From: Ylistrum balloti
Taxonomy: Eukaryota
Assembly (NCBI RefSeq): GCF_031769215.1
Contig: NW_026782034.1
Coordinates: 434,001-498,000 of the forward strand
Direction: 5' to 3'
DNA: 64,000 nt
The position numbers and the translations under genes are program-made. Below are positions 44,501 through 55,600 of the stretch, piece by piece. Position 1 is the first letter of the stretch. Each line of letters starts with the position of its first letter. The notes beneath the pieces are model-generated. The model made no database searches and was not told the DNA's origin. It was given only the letters and a program-made list of their open reading frames with translations.

Positions 44501-45516
44501 CAGCTTGTCTGTTGTGGCACTGTCAGTAGTTTGTTTCCTTGGGGTTTTTATTGTAATTACTTTACCTGCCAAACTTACTGCCTTGAGGCATTTTCAAAAT
44601 ACAAATTTACATCCAAGGAAGTTCTACTTGCTAAGCTTTAACACTGTCAAATGGCTATCCTTTTCAAATTAATTTTATTTCAAATTGATTTCAAAAGCAA
44701 AATAAAATTTGAAAAAAAAATCAACAATGATAATAAAACACACTGATTATCACATTCTTTTCTTTTTGCTATCTGGTCCTGTTTAAGATGCTTTAAAATT
44801 TCAATATTAACTTGTATTTCATTATGGGATTTACGGTAATACAAAAAAAGTTTCCCCAACCAGGTCAAGCAGTGCTGCAAACTTTTAATCTACCTTTTGA
44901 ATATAAAAATATATAGTCCTACAGCTTGATTTCTCAACTACAGTACAGAAAATCGCGACCTACATGTATACATACAGTATACAAGATCTACATACAAGTT
45001 TATGTTAAACTTAAAGCTGAGCTACGTTTTTCGAAATTTTACTGTATATGCCTACTGTCTCTTAGACTGTTGAGCAGAAACATAATTGTTCTGTTTTTCT
45101 TCACGTCTTTTTTCTTCATGAAAATTTCAGATGCTACTAGAAATGCATATAACAGGACTAAGATCTCTGAACACAGGTAAAACGAAGTTAGCGCACAGCT
45201 GATCGTGTTGAAATGTCAACAAACATGTCTATGAATAATAAATTCGAATTCTACGTACCTCAGCGGGTCTAACAGCCGTTTCAGCATCCTGCACGTTTGA
45301 TAACACAGACTTTGGTCTAAAACAAGCTCCATCTGGGAGTTCCTCCAGAGTAAACTCTTCTTTTTTATTTGTTTTTGCAGGACTTTTATCCATAGAAGCC
45401 GTCTCTGATGATCGACTGGAACCATCACGATGTCGCTCGGCAAATTTTTCACGTTTGTCTTGTAACTCCTTCAAATCTTGGCTTTCAAAATGCTTCTTAG
45501 ATCTCATTAAATACAT
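5470..45516 (-). CDS. SH2D5: SH2D5-like PTB-domain adaptor gene, 5' part (3 coding exons; continues left of the window)
   Basis: Phase-0 GT-AG exons join as ...TAVRPAE|YIGSFSVQGADQNARAECVQTHLEDMR|TVDKSKKVLLVISLSGIKVCSSNGE. This aligns without gaps to my recollection of human SH2D5 ...TKFAQ-YVGSFPV...[30 protein letters not shown] (PTB N-terminal strands). The family call is from memory, not a search. Confidence 0.72.
7443..7790 (-). mobile_element. pearl/HINE-like non-autonomous element, 3' part
   Basis: Terminal hairpin agatccc..gggatct next to a subterminal tagtgctcatc. The internal segment ctagagaccaaagggagcctacatgtaaaatttgag resembles the copy near 46770 (ctagagactaaaggatacctacgaatgaaatttgcg). 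Confidence 0.55.
7898..8508. repeat. 22-bp minisatellite with two variants, about 28 copies
   Basis: ataggactgtatataagtaaat and ataggactgttaataagttaat are interleaved. Confidence 0.95.
9700..9952 (-). mobile_element. degenerate HINE-like element end
   Basis: Inverted pair ttactaaatac (9891-9901) / gtatttagtga (9931-9941) followed by ggtataaaaa, plus internal gtgaccattgacc/tttgacc motifs typical of this repeat class. Confidence 0.35.
10312..12385. repeat. 41/43-bp minisatellite, about 49 copies
   Basis: gatcccaatggtatcctggt(ac)cagatcatgtgttctctgtct. The 41+43=84 period gives the 28-aa repeats in the ORF track. Confidence 0.97.
13190..13590. repeat. degenerate 28-bp minisatellite, about 14 copies
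   Basis: Consensus ggcttattgcaaaacagatatgtttctt. Confidence 0.85.
14837..15480. repeat. 49-bp minisatellite, about 13 copies, with decayed units continuing to about 15800
   Basis: caaggccacttactctcttgtaatactacacgtatttaaggtcatgatt. It contains GTAAGT on the minus strand. Confidence 0.95.
15871..15951 (-). CDS. SH2D5: SH2D5-like exon, 81 nt, YIGSFSVQGADQNARAECVQTHLEDMR
   Basis: Acceptor gtttttattgttatttcag, donor AGG|gtaagt, 27 open codons, YxGS motif opening a PTB domain. Confidence 0.87.
17047..17155. mobile_element. relic of a Tc1/mariner (pogo-like) element end; similar relic at 16160-16215
   Basis: Repeated gcttata...ggtg..(c/t)ttata...gaaaata motifs resemble the GCTTATA-rich terminal repeats of pogo/Tc2-type elements (from memory). 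No partner left end or transposase was found. Confidence 0.3.
17338..18078 (+). mobile_element. pearl/HINE-like (Helentron-associated) non-autonomous element, near full length
   Basis: 5' attagctcac and 3' caggtgagcaat form inverted subterminal repeats, followed by a GC hairpin remnant gccccatggacc and tcttgt. Internal ccttgacc core motifs occur near 17400, 17547 and 17836. Confidence 0.65.
21277..21560. repeat. 35-bp minisatellite, about 8 copies, with an internal hairpin
   Basis: tagacaacagttacatcactgttgtataacacatg; acaacagt/actgttgt is an 8-bp stem. Confidence 0.95.
23083..23790. repeat. 67-bp minisatellite, about 10 copies
   Basis: caggtgagtggtgtaacagtgggac(tgggacaatc/aggaacattc)attcaagtatttacggtaacttcagaattcaa. 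Confidence 0.95.
24085..24172 (-). mobile_element. possible decayed tRNA-derived SINE head
   Basis: Minus strand reads ctcagctgacagagca...ggtttggttcctgtctgggc, loosely like A and B boxes. Confidence 0.2.
25901..25992. mobile_element. 92-bp mini-MITE with 9-bp terminal inverted repeats
   Basis: tacggatgt (25901-25909) and acatccgta (25984-25992) are exact reverse complements with TA at both ends. The interior is CpG-rich relative to the flanks. Confidence 0.5.
26040..26520. repeat. 52-bp minisatellite, about 5 near-perfect copies plus decayed left units
   Basis: gggattatcacaggaaaataagcccaggtaccaacacattactcctgggact. Confidence 0.9.
27525..27662. repeat. 21-bp tandem repeat, about 6 copies
   Basis: ctagggtgtcattcaccactc; translates as GVVNDTL repeats on the minus strand. 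Confidence 0.9.
29155..31925. repeat. 35-bp minisatellite, about 79 copies
   Basis: gctagcaatatagctagacatcttgccagcttcct, with a decayed left edge. Confidence 0.97.
32860..33010. mobile_element. SINE-like fragment inserted in the left edge of the 69-bp array
   Basis: gtgtggaaggaaaccagagtccacggggaaaaccaac...caggtgac resembles the GGAAACCGGAG.ACCCGGAG.AAACC central motif of metazoan tRNA-SINEs (from memory). Array units flank it on both sides. Confidence 0.4.
33020..35420. repeat. 69-bp minisatellite, about 35 copies; one detached copy at 32742-32805
   Basis: gacctagtttagaggacacatgacaatgggtgttgcacaaaatgtaagtaaggactgatctgagaca(c/t)t. It explains the CNTHCHVSSKLGQCLRSVLTYIL ORFs. Confidence 0.97.
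39385..39535. repeat. 54-bp tandem repeat, about 3 copies
   Basis: taaatcacaaattacaaaatactgaaaaaagtacctttctattcagacaaattc. Confidence 0.9.
43706..43778. repeat. 37-bp tandem duplication
   Basis: aactaactttccccagctgtgttactaca(a/t)gtactt occurs twice. Confidence 0.85.
45259..45516 (-). CDS. SH2D5: SH2D5-like first coding exon, 86 aa, MYLMRSKKHFESQ...TAVRPAE
   Basis: Acceptor ttttttatttctattttctcag then G-ATG; 258 nt open; donor GAG|gtacgt. Phase 0 matches the YIGSF exon. The start codon choice is inferred. Confidence 0.7.
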
Positions 45517-45539
45517 CCTGAGAAAATAGAAATAAAAAA

Positions 45540-46020
45540 TCCTCTCGCTAAGTTTCCAAACCCCACCGTCCCATCTCTTTGTTTTGTGTACAAATTCATC
45601 CACTGAACGGCTGCTCGTGTGCCTAACCACCACTTCCGGGTCAAAATTTAACCTTTGCTTATCAGCATCACTCGCGCTCAAGTTGCTAATAGTGGGAGAG
45701 TACACTAGTCGCTGTGTTTGTATACAAATATCTGACTAAACAGAGGACAAAGCACGTGGTTATAAACTCGGGTCATATACTGTATCGGTGACGTGAAACC
45801 ACGGTCAGTTGAGATTGGATTGACACAATATAGAGTGGGTTTCTTGGATGATTCACAAACCATCTGTGTGTCACCTTCGATACGTCGGTCAAAGATAAAG
45901 TTAGAGGGCAGTTACCTACCTGTGTACCGAGCTACTACTTACTTACATACCGACACGAATATGCGTACTTCTCGACTACTGATTAGATTTTCAACGATAA
46001 GAATTCATTCGTAAGATTAA
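45540..46020 (-). promoter_or_regulatory. candidate promoter / non-coding first exon region of the SH2D5-like gene
   Basis: Locally CpG-rich, a cacgtg E-box near 45752, and clustered minus-strand donors (CAG|gtaggt at 45914-45919; overlapping gtaagt at 45937-45946) upstream of the acceptor at 45518. Confidence 0.3.
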
Positions 46021-46714
46021 AGGGGGGAAATATATACGCTTGTATCTGTATGTACACAAATTTGGAATGTATTTCTGATAAATACGTAAATATTTTCTCA
46101 ATGTCAACGCGAACATTTGGAACCGCAGGCTAAATCTAAAGAGGACCAATAGTAGAATTTGTACAGGGTGCTATAGTGTATGAAATATGATTATCCTCTG
46201 ATGCGAGTACACTTGAAACCGTATTATTTTGATTTGAGGAAATTGAAAAAAAAGATTAAATGAAAAGTTAATGGCTTGGAAAATATGTACAATCGAACTT
46301 AGTTTTGAAAACCAGTGAACCATGACTTCCTATGCATGATAGGTAATATGACACACAGATAGTGTGGCGATCGTTCTGTTATTATCATATAGGGACTGGC
46401 ACGGAAATAGTTGACATTCCTTTCCTACACATGTCCTTACAATAAATACACATATAAACTGAAGCTTGCACGTGGGTATTACCGCAAAGGAATGAAATCA
46501 CCAATAGAAGAAAGACTTCAAATTACTCTGTATCGAAGCTCTTACAATAAATAAAGATCCAATAGGGATATTGGCACAAACCATTCTTTGATCTTTGGCT
46601 TGTTATAAGTTGGATCTTTTCCCTTCTTTTCTCTTTTCTTCCGGCTGATTTTGCTCTCAATGAGCAGAATTTTAACATTTCTTTGCAGAAGTAGCGATAA
46701 TATTTTTTAACTGC

Positions 46715-47207
46715 CAAGTCGCCTGAAAGCTATTTTTCTTATCAGTTCCAAAATCAAAGCGGCACAACTAGAGACTAAAGGATACCTACGAATGAAATTT
46801 GCGAGAGATCTATGCAGCAGTTCTGGAGAAATAGCGATAACAAACTTTCAAAGCCAGTATTCAAGATGGCTTTCTGACGGCCATTTTGTATTTCTGATCA
46901 ATCCAACAACAAACAGACACAACTAGGAACCACGGTGAGCCTACATATGAAATCTGGGAGCGATCCATCAAGTAGTTCTTAAGATATGGCAATAAAAGCT
47001 TTACTTGGCGAAATCCAAGATGGCCGTCTGCCTATCATATTTTTTCTAAGCACTAAGGAGAACCTACATATGATTTAAGAACGACCCATCCAGTTCTTCT
47101 CAAGGTGTAGTGATAACAAAATCGTTTACGGACGGATGGTTGGACAGATGGGCGACGGACGAGAGGCGATTTGATAGCTCAACATCAGACGATTGTGTGC
47201 TAAAAAA
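46715..47207 (-). mobile_element. pearl/HINE-like non-autonomous element
   Basis: Minus strand begins ttttagcacac...gagctat followed by a decayed (gtcc)n microsatellite (tcgtccgtcgcccatctgtccaaccatccgtccgt), then core repeats with gccatcttgga/gccatcttgaa. It shares sequence with the 7443 element. Confidence 0.65.
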
Positions 47208-48714
47208 GGAGGAGGTGGTAGGTTTGTTAGGTACATCATAGACTGCGAGATATGTTTTGGACTCCTTGTTTTTCAGACGACAAGACATGGAGTTAAAAAT
47301 ATTAAACACAATTAACACACTAATACAGAAGAGAATACACGGGTCGGTACTACACTATCACATCAGAATACAAGATTCTGTAATACAGTTTTTGTGTATA
47401 TAGGCTGAAAGCTGTGTGATTGTGCTTTCTCCGTTTCCGAACACCAATATCAAATCCCACTAAATGACGAGCTTCATGCACGAAAGTGGTACGTCAAAAG
47501 TGGGAATACATTGCATTGGCGAAAGGCAGTGTTAAGGAAGGCAATGACACATTAAGAGAAAGAAAAAATAGAAATATTGAAATGAAAGAACTAACGATTA
47601 CAGCTCACGGGGTTCGTCAAGGAATATCAGCGCCGCCGATGTCTGTGTGGTTCATCACTTTTTTCAAGGGTTCCAGAGTATACCACATACTGCTCACTAG
47701 TATCTTCCATAGCGACTTAACGACCCAATCTCACGTTGAAATTTATTCTTCATTGGGATGTTTTCATGGCGCTGACGACTGTTGTTGGAGGTCAGTTTTA
47801 AAATCGAAGTCTCTTCTATGTATTTTTTGCTACTTCATGCACTGGTGAAGTTTTTTTTTTTTTTTAATTTTCGGTGTGACGTTTATGCTGTTCTTTTGGT
47901 TTCTTTGTTGGATCTGAAATTGAAGATTTATCGGTAGGGTAATACAATATGTTTCAGTTTGTGTGATAACCAACTGCTGAATTGTGACTTCCCGCCGTTG
48001 CTCAAAGACGACATCCTGTCTAAGTAGTGAGTAACACACTACACTCAGGGTCTTCCTTCGTCTTGGTTTGGACCATGGCGTATTGTAATCAAGTGTCGCC
48101 GAAGTGTACACTCTTTGATGTATAAAACGAGGTATTCTACAATAACACTATAAACAGAATGAAATCTAAAGCTAAGGATCGCTTCTGGTGGTGTGAGAAA
48201 AGTGATACCCGGTGAGACCATTTTAATGGCGAATCGCTTGCCCACGTAATGAATTTATGTTGATGTATTTCCAAGAAAAAATATCAATAAAATATTAAAT
48301 ATCATATGTGTGAATTTGATGGCTAAAAGTAAGTTGAATAATTATCACCAATCGTCCCGGTGTTAGTTTAGTCCACATGTCGTCAAGTGAGTTAAGCCAG
48401 CTGAATGGTTTGAAATGGACAGCTGTAAAGAGTGTGCACCGTGATAATATGCTCGTTCCCGTCTGTGGTACTTGTAGCTAATGGCACTACCATATATGGG
48501 TAGAACAATACAACTTTTGTAAAGCGTGCCTTACTCCTTCGGTATAAAGAGTAGTATGCATTTGGTCCATCTGTATATGATACCCACCCCTGTTAACCAC
48601 ATTTTAATGTATCACATGTACGTTTTTTTTTAATTCAAGTGATTTTATGAAACAGTGGATATGAACGAAGTGTTCAGTTGAGTAAAAGACTAAAGGATAT
48701 ACTCAAAGTCACTC

Positions 48715-49750
48715 CCTATCATCCACTTCATCATTCCCTTACCTCTCCTTCATCACTCTTTTTCTCCACTTCATCACTTCCTTTCTCCCCTTCATCACTC
48801 CATTTTCACCCTTTCGTCACTCATTTTTCCCCCTCTTCCCTCCCCATCATCACACCCCTTTACCGCCCTTTCCTCCCCTTCATTACTGCATTTCCTCCCC
48901 TTCATCACCCCATTTTCTCCCCTTCATCACCCCATTTTCTCCCCTTCATCAACCCCTTTCCTCCCCTTCATCACTCTATTTCCTCCCATTCATCGACCCT
49001 TTTCCCCACTTTCCTCTCCTTCATCACCCCCTTTCCTCTCCTTTTCTCCCCTTCATCACCCCCTTTCCTCTCCTTTTCTCCCCTTCATCACCCCCTTTCC
49101 TCTCCTTCATCACCCCCTTTTCTCCCCTTCATCACCCCCTTTCCTCTCCTTCATCACCCCCTTTTCTCCCTTTCATCACCCCCTTTCCTCTCCTTCATCA
49201 CCCCCTTTCCTCTCCTTTACCACATCTTTCCTCTTCTTCATCACCCCATTTTCTCCCTTCATCATCCCCTTTCCTCTCCTTTACCACCTCTTTCCTCTTC
49301 TTCATCACCCCCTTTTCTCCCTTTCATCACCCCCTTTCCTCTCCTTCATCACCCCCTTTCCTCTCCTTTACCACATCTTTCCTCTTCTTCATCACCCCAT
49401 TTTCTCCCTTCATCATCCCCTTTCCTCTCCTTTACCACCTCTTTCCTCTTCTTCATCACCCCCTTTTCTCCCTTCATCCCATTTCCTCTCCTTTACCACC
49501 TCTTTCCTCTTCTTCATCACCCCCTTTCCTCTCCTTTTCTCCCTTTCATCACCCCTTTCCTCTCCTTTTCTCCCCTTCATCACCCCCTTTCCTCTCCTTC
49601 AACACCCCCTTTTCTCTCCTTCAACACCCCCTTTTCTCCCCTTCATCACCCCCTTTCCTCTCCTTCAACACCCCCTTTTCTCTCCTTCAACACCCCCTTT
49701 TCTCCCCTTCATCACCCCCTTTCCTCTCCTTCACCATTCCCTTTCTTCCT
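48715..49750. repeat. pyrimidine-rich degenerate ~22-bp repeat
   Basis: Core cttcatcaccccctttcctctc; the + strand is almost G-free. It explains the 358-aa P/F/S/L/H ORF. Confidence 0.92.
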
Positions 49751-49756
49751 CTGAAC

Positions 49757-49954
49757 GACATTTTTGACATAGCAAGATAGTTCGTCAGAGTAAGATGTTA
49801 ATCAATTGTTCAGGTGGCAGAGACGTCATTCCGTATATTTTTTGGCCATATTAGTGGATGTAAAACCAGTTATATATATTGGACGACATCTCTGCCACCT
49901 GAACATTTGATTAACCGCTTACTCTTCCGAACAATATGCTACCTCAAAAATATC
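49757..49954. mobile_element. ~200-bp foldback / MITE-like palindrome
   Basis: Left gttaatcaattgttcaggtggcagagacgtc matches the reverse complement of right gacatctctgccacctgaacatttgattaac at 29/31. Pairing extends outward to gacatttttgacatagc / gctacctcaaaaatatc. Confidence 0.7.
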
Positions 49955-51404
49955 TCACTTTTTCCATTATGTCATATCATGAAATGTCCTTTACTTTCTC
50001 TTTTCCGCTTTGACTTCCATGAGCACTCTTCATTATGTGTTTTCTTCCAATGCACATCACTCCTAATCTGTTTTTTCTCTCATTTTCCCCATTAACTTCC
50101 GAGCTTTTTCATCTTTCCACCTCTGTGTGCCTTTCAGGAAGTAGGACAAGGGAAGTAACCCTTACAAATGTCAAAGAATATCAATGCCCTGACAGGAAGT
50201 TACAGAGAAACTAATTACCTCATCCAACCCCTGTGAAAAAATATGGATAAAGCAAATTCTTGGCAATTTTAGTCTTCATTATATACTTCTGATAACTGGG
50301 ATTACTTTTGTACTGTGATTTTGTGGACATGATTTCATAAAAGTAACAAAATGAAAGCATGTTACACTATAATCAGAGGTCATTCCCACCCAATATTGAT
50401 GTACATTTTCTACTGTATATTTAAGTGTAAAAATAATAACTAAACCATGGAAATTCCTTTTATTAACTTTTATTGAAACAGCAAATGCTCAGGGAAGTAA
50501 GATGCCATTTTAAAGTTTCCAGATTATGTTAAGAAAATCTAGCAGTTTTACCAAAAGCAGCGATAATTTTTGTGTATCATTTCTAAAATGATCAATATCA
50601 ATGTGTTTATTGCTCCTGAATGTTAAAAAGGTTATTTTGTCCACGGTTCAAATTTTTGCAGTTTTAAATAAAGCTTGAAGTAGGAGGGATTGAAGGATGT
50701 CTTTTTAAAGCAAGCTATGAAATGACCTTTAGGTGTGTTTCTGTATCTATTTTATTTTCAAGTAATCTATTTTTCCAGCTACTATTCATCCTCAGAAACA
50801 GCAAGAAATAGAATCCCTTGAAAGTAATTAACTTTTCAGTAAGTAGGAATCAATCTAATTAGGAGTCATCAGATGAACACCACTGTACAGTACCATACGA
50901 TATAATATTTAATACAAGTTACAATACATGTATTTCTTATTCATCAGTTTATCAATCCCGTTGCACCAATGCAGCCAAACAAAGTTACATGTAAAAAATC
51001 AAATAATTAGAGGCAAATATGTGTTTCAACCAAAACATGAAAAAATTTATAATTTTCCTATTTTTTCACTATGAAGTGTTTGTTGACTGGATGTATGTAT
51101 CGTTAATCACTTGTGAGAATGTCAATTTCATATCCATTCACACATCGGTATCATTTACAGATTTACAGATCTATAAATAACTGAACTATGATAATCATGA
51201 TTGTGAAAAGCTTTTTTCTTGGAAATAAAGCAATTAGTGACAAAGCAAATAGTAAAATTGACAGTAATGATATAACTAGTACAACATTAAACTAGATATC
51301 CTTTCAGGATAACACATTAACGTATCACAAACAGGCATCACCATACAAGTGTATTACAACTGCGTAACACCTTCTCAAAGAGCAACTCTGTATAACTTTT
51401 CACA

Positions 51405-51585
51405 TATATTAAAATAATATTCATCACCATGCTGATTGAAGTCAAAAGATGTTAAGGAACATTATATTGAAAATTATTCATCACTGTCCTGCTGAAAGTC
51501 AAATTCAACCTGATATTTAGCACTATATTGAATAATATTCATCACTGTCCTGCTGGAAGTCAAAGTCACCCTAATATTTATCAGC
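51405..51585. repeat. diverged ~60-bp triplication
   Basis: ttcatcac(t/c)(g/a)t(c/g)ctg...aagtcaaa recurs near 51420, 51478 and 51539. Confidence 0.65.
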
Positions 51586-52522
51586 AATAGATACACTAAG
51601 GTAAATGAAACCTTGATTAAGGTACAGCGACAGACAAATAGACCAACAGGTGTTTTGTGTCAAAGAAACATTCACAATTTATCAGTTTTATAATGGTAAC
51701 AGTAAATTTTGCATGGAACTCATATGCTGTAATATTTTTATCAAAATATATGTTAACTCAATTTTCATCAAATTAAGAATCAAAATGAGAAATTCTATTT
51801 GTATCAGAGATCTATATGCTCAGGTTTTTTCCAAATTAAAATGTTCACCTCCCCATCTCCAAAACTTTTTTTTGAATACTCGTAATTAAAGAGCATCTTT
51901 CTTGTGATCCTGTGTAACCTAGACAATCATGATGAAATATATTTAATGCTGGTAACACTAGTTTATTTGTGTATTTCCATTATAACCAAGTTTGCCTTGA
52001 AAGTTCCTTCAGGCTGCAGTGCATGGTTTTCACATCAGAAGATTTACGAGTCAATGTTTTCATACTGGATGCATACCTGGTTACTAAATCAGAAATAATT
52101 TTATGTCATACTGTAACCACCAATCTTTCTTCAGGATTTCAAAGTTTCACTACTGAAACATAAGTAAGTTTTGTGCACAGTACTGTTAATGCACATGACT
52201 AGCAACAATCCTTAATGCATGTTTTGTTTTTGCAATCAAGAGTGCTGTTTAGTCAGTAATTTTTTAATTTTTGCAACTTTCTTTTAAAACAATAGAATTT
52301 TATTTTAAGGAATACAAATTTTGCAATCCAGATGTTAAGGGGTGTTTAAAACACACATCTCATTATTTTACTGATGAAATTTTCAAGATCAGGTTTATGT
52401 ACTGCAAAACAGGAAAAATATTATTTCCATCAAATTAACTGACATAAATAAAACAAATTCAGCAAACATCCAACTTCACTTTTGCAACATAAAATACAAC
52501 CACCGTTCACATCTACCAGCCC

Positions 52523-52695
52523 TCATACTCGCTCATACAGATACAGGTAAGCCAGATCTCGAGGCGGGTTCTCAGACAGTGCCACCTTTTCATCATTAAA
52601 TATCACCCAGCGACCATCTTTACGGATGTGACACACGTAATGGCCGACCATTGTAGATGTACCCATGTGACTAATGAACGCTTTCAGGCGGTATT
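52523..52695 (-). CDS. USP5: USP5 last coding exon, (K)[25 protein letters not shown]...LYERV*
   Basis: Acceptor ttgtttccacag, phase 1, TGA at 52523-52525. Confidence 0.95.
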
Positions 52696-55600
52696 CTGTG
52701 GAAACAATAGAAACAACTTTAAGTATAAATTTAATTTAGTTTAGGTTAAGTATTTCAATTATACACACATATCTTAACCTACATTACCATTCTGTTATAA
52801 GTTCTTAACCTACACAACTATTCTGTTAGAAGTTCTTAACCTACATAACTATTCTGTTATAAGTTCTTAACCTACATAACTGTTCTGTCAGAAGTTCTTA
52901 ACCTACATAACTATTCCGTTATAAGTTCTTAACCTACACAACTATTCTGTTAGAAGTTCTTAACCTAAATAACTATATTGTTATAAGTTATACAGAAGCT
53001 TTCACATATATATTAAGACCATTAGAGCGATGAAACCATTTATTATGATATCCCACTAGTTATAATTTTTCTGTGTATAAATATTCCCTCTATAAAAAAC
53101 CCAACTCTATCCTGATATTTTCCCATATTTCATATCAGTTAGGATATTTTCTTCTGCTCAGAAATGATTTTTGAAAGCTTGTAATTTCCAGGCTTGTGTC
53201 AATATTAGACATGTTGGCCTTTCATTGTGACACCAATTATCCACTAAATAGTTTTAGCCAGTCCAAACTGTATAGGGTATATTACAAACGCCCCAGGCCT
53301 GTAAACAACTAAGTACTTCAATTTATCATACAACAAACTTAACCAACATTAAAGAAACACAGAAGTATAAGTATATACCACTAAGTTGTACGATATTTTA
53401 AAACTGAACACAAAGAAAACCTGTCACACACAATAGTATCACTGTGCACTTATTAGGAAAGTAGGTGTTTATGACTAGTATACTCAGAGCTTATCCTACA
53501 TACTTTCTCGTCCGTCCCTGAAGGCAGGCTGTGATGGGCCAGCACCTGCACCTGCTGGCTCTTCAGTTTCCATGGGAGTATTTAGTTCATCAACATGGCT
53601 AAAGATCCAGTCAGCAGCTCGTTCCACATTGTTATCCTAATGAACATAAAATATTCATAAGCTTATGTAAAGTTCTGGTGAGAATCATATGATTTCTCAT
53701 TTTTATTACAAGCAAATGCTAAGAGATATAAATTTATAGAAAATATCTGATTTCTTTAAAATACAAACTACTATTTTCCACTGTCTATATATCACAGAAG
53801 TCAAAATTCAACAAAGAAATTGTTCAAATTCATGTTTCCAGATTTCATGTCCTTGTTAAATTAAGAAAAGAAAAGTGATATGCACAACTAATGTCTCAAG
53901 GTTACCTTAAAGTTGGTGACATGTTTTGTATGGTACAGGTCAGCTGATCAAAACCAAGGTAGCTCCCTTATATTCCTGACATTACCTATGACATTCAGGA
54001 CCACTTACTATGGCAGAGAGTGACATTTACTGTGACCTTGAGTGTTACATACTGTGACATTGAGCTTTTCATACAGTGACCTTGAGTGTTACATACTGTG
54101 ACCTCGAGTGTTACATACTGTGACCTTGAGTGTTACATACCGTGACATTGAGCTTTACATAATGTGACCTTGAATGTTACATACTGTGACCTTGAGTGTT
54201 ACAAACTGTGACCTTGCAATTTCAATATTGTGGCCTGGAGTGACATTATTTTGACCTTGAGTGTCATTTCTGGTGACCTTACATATCTTACCGTGGCCTT
54301 GAGTGCCTTAATAGCCTGGTCTCTAGTGAATCCCATGGACATAATCATGACAAGACTATCCTCATTTGGTATAAAGTCTTTGGCTGCTCCTTTCTTCACT
54401 CCGGGTGGCGTGAACGGACTGGAGAAATCTGGAGTTAGACATAAAGATTAAGAGGTCATCACTACAAAGGAATGATTTGATTTATACTATCTTACGTCAT
54501 TAAAGGAAGATCTTCATGTGTATGCAAGGTGAGTGTGTGTGTTGAATGCATGTTTTTGTGAGATGTTCGTGTAAGCCTCTTTTGTGACAGTGTTTAAATG
54601 AAGGTGACTTTATAGTGCAACCACACTGAAGTATACCATGAAATGCCATTAATTTAATTAGTCTAGATTCATATTTTTTTTATTTCATTCAATAAATACA
54701 TCTCAAGAGTGCAAGGTTGTAGTATAAAAATTCAGTTTTGATAGATTTTGCCTGCTCCTTTTCATGGTACATAATTCTCACTCTTGTTTAAATCTTTCTT
54801 TGTGTTCACATCAGTGTCTTACATTTAATCACACTGACCTGTGTATCCTATGTGTTCACACTTACCTGGATCTCCCATATGTTCCATGACCCAATTCATG
54901 GCAGCCTCTGCTCCACTGTTGTTAGTGTTGAACACTGCTCGTTTACAGCCCTCTAGAGGAAACCCCATATCCATGAGTTGGGCCACCACTGCCTCATCAA
55001 TCTCTATAACTACAGAAAACAATCTGATCTACACTGGATGTTTTATAAGGCAGAAGTATAATGCAGATTTCACTGCTATACAACTATATATAATAGATAA
55101 TATTTAGAAACTGACACACTATGAACATTATGAACTTTGTAACATACAAAGTTAGGGATGGACAGAGTGTAAAACCTATAGTCTCTTTAGTAGTGCCAGC
55201 TCCTTACTAATAAAAATAAAATACAACCTTTCAAAATATCATAGGACCATGTAAATCATAGGAAAACTATATCTTAAAGCTATAATGACGACAATAATTT
55301 CTAATCAAATCTATATGTAGTAACAATGGTTTAGATAGTTACTTCAGTATGCAACTTTGTTGAAGAACTAATAATATCAGTAAAATGTTGAGAAACTGCA
55401 GTAAAGTAAGGTCTATTGTATATCTGTAGGGATAACAGACAGGAAACACTATTTCATAGCTGGGATCACAAGGATGTTTGCTTTAAAGCAGATAACAAAT
55501 GTAGTTTACCAGGGGTTGAATCATCCTGTTCCTGTGGTAGCTCCTCCTCTCCTGGCTGCAGGCCACACCCCCTTAATGACGCTAAATCTATTTCCTCGGG

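Noticed and set aside
48678-49754. 358-aa Pro/Phe/Ser/Leu/His-rich ORF
   Set aside because: The strand is almost G-free, so stop codons are rare by composition; it is low-complexity repeat.
52768-52990. 31-bp array as a copy of the last USP5 acceptor (sense ...ACAG|AATA)
   Set aside because: Only 8 nt are shared and the array stops about 70 nt from the junction; too weak to count as junction-seeded.
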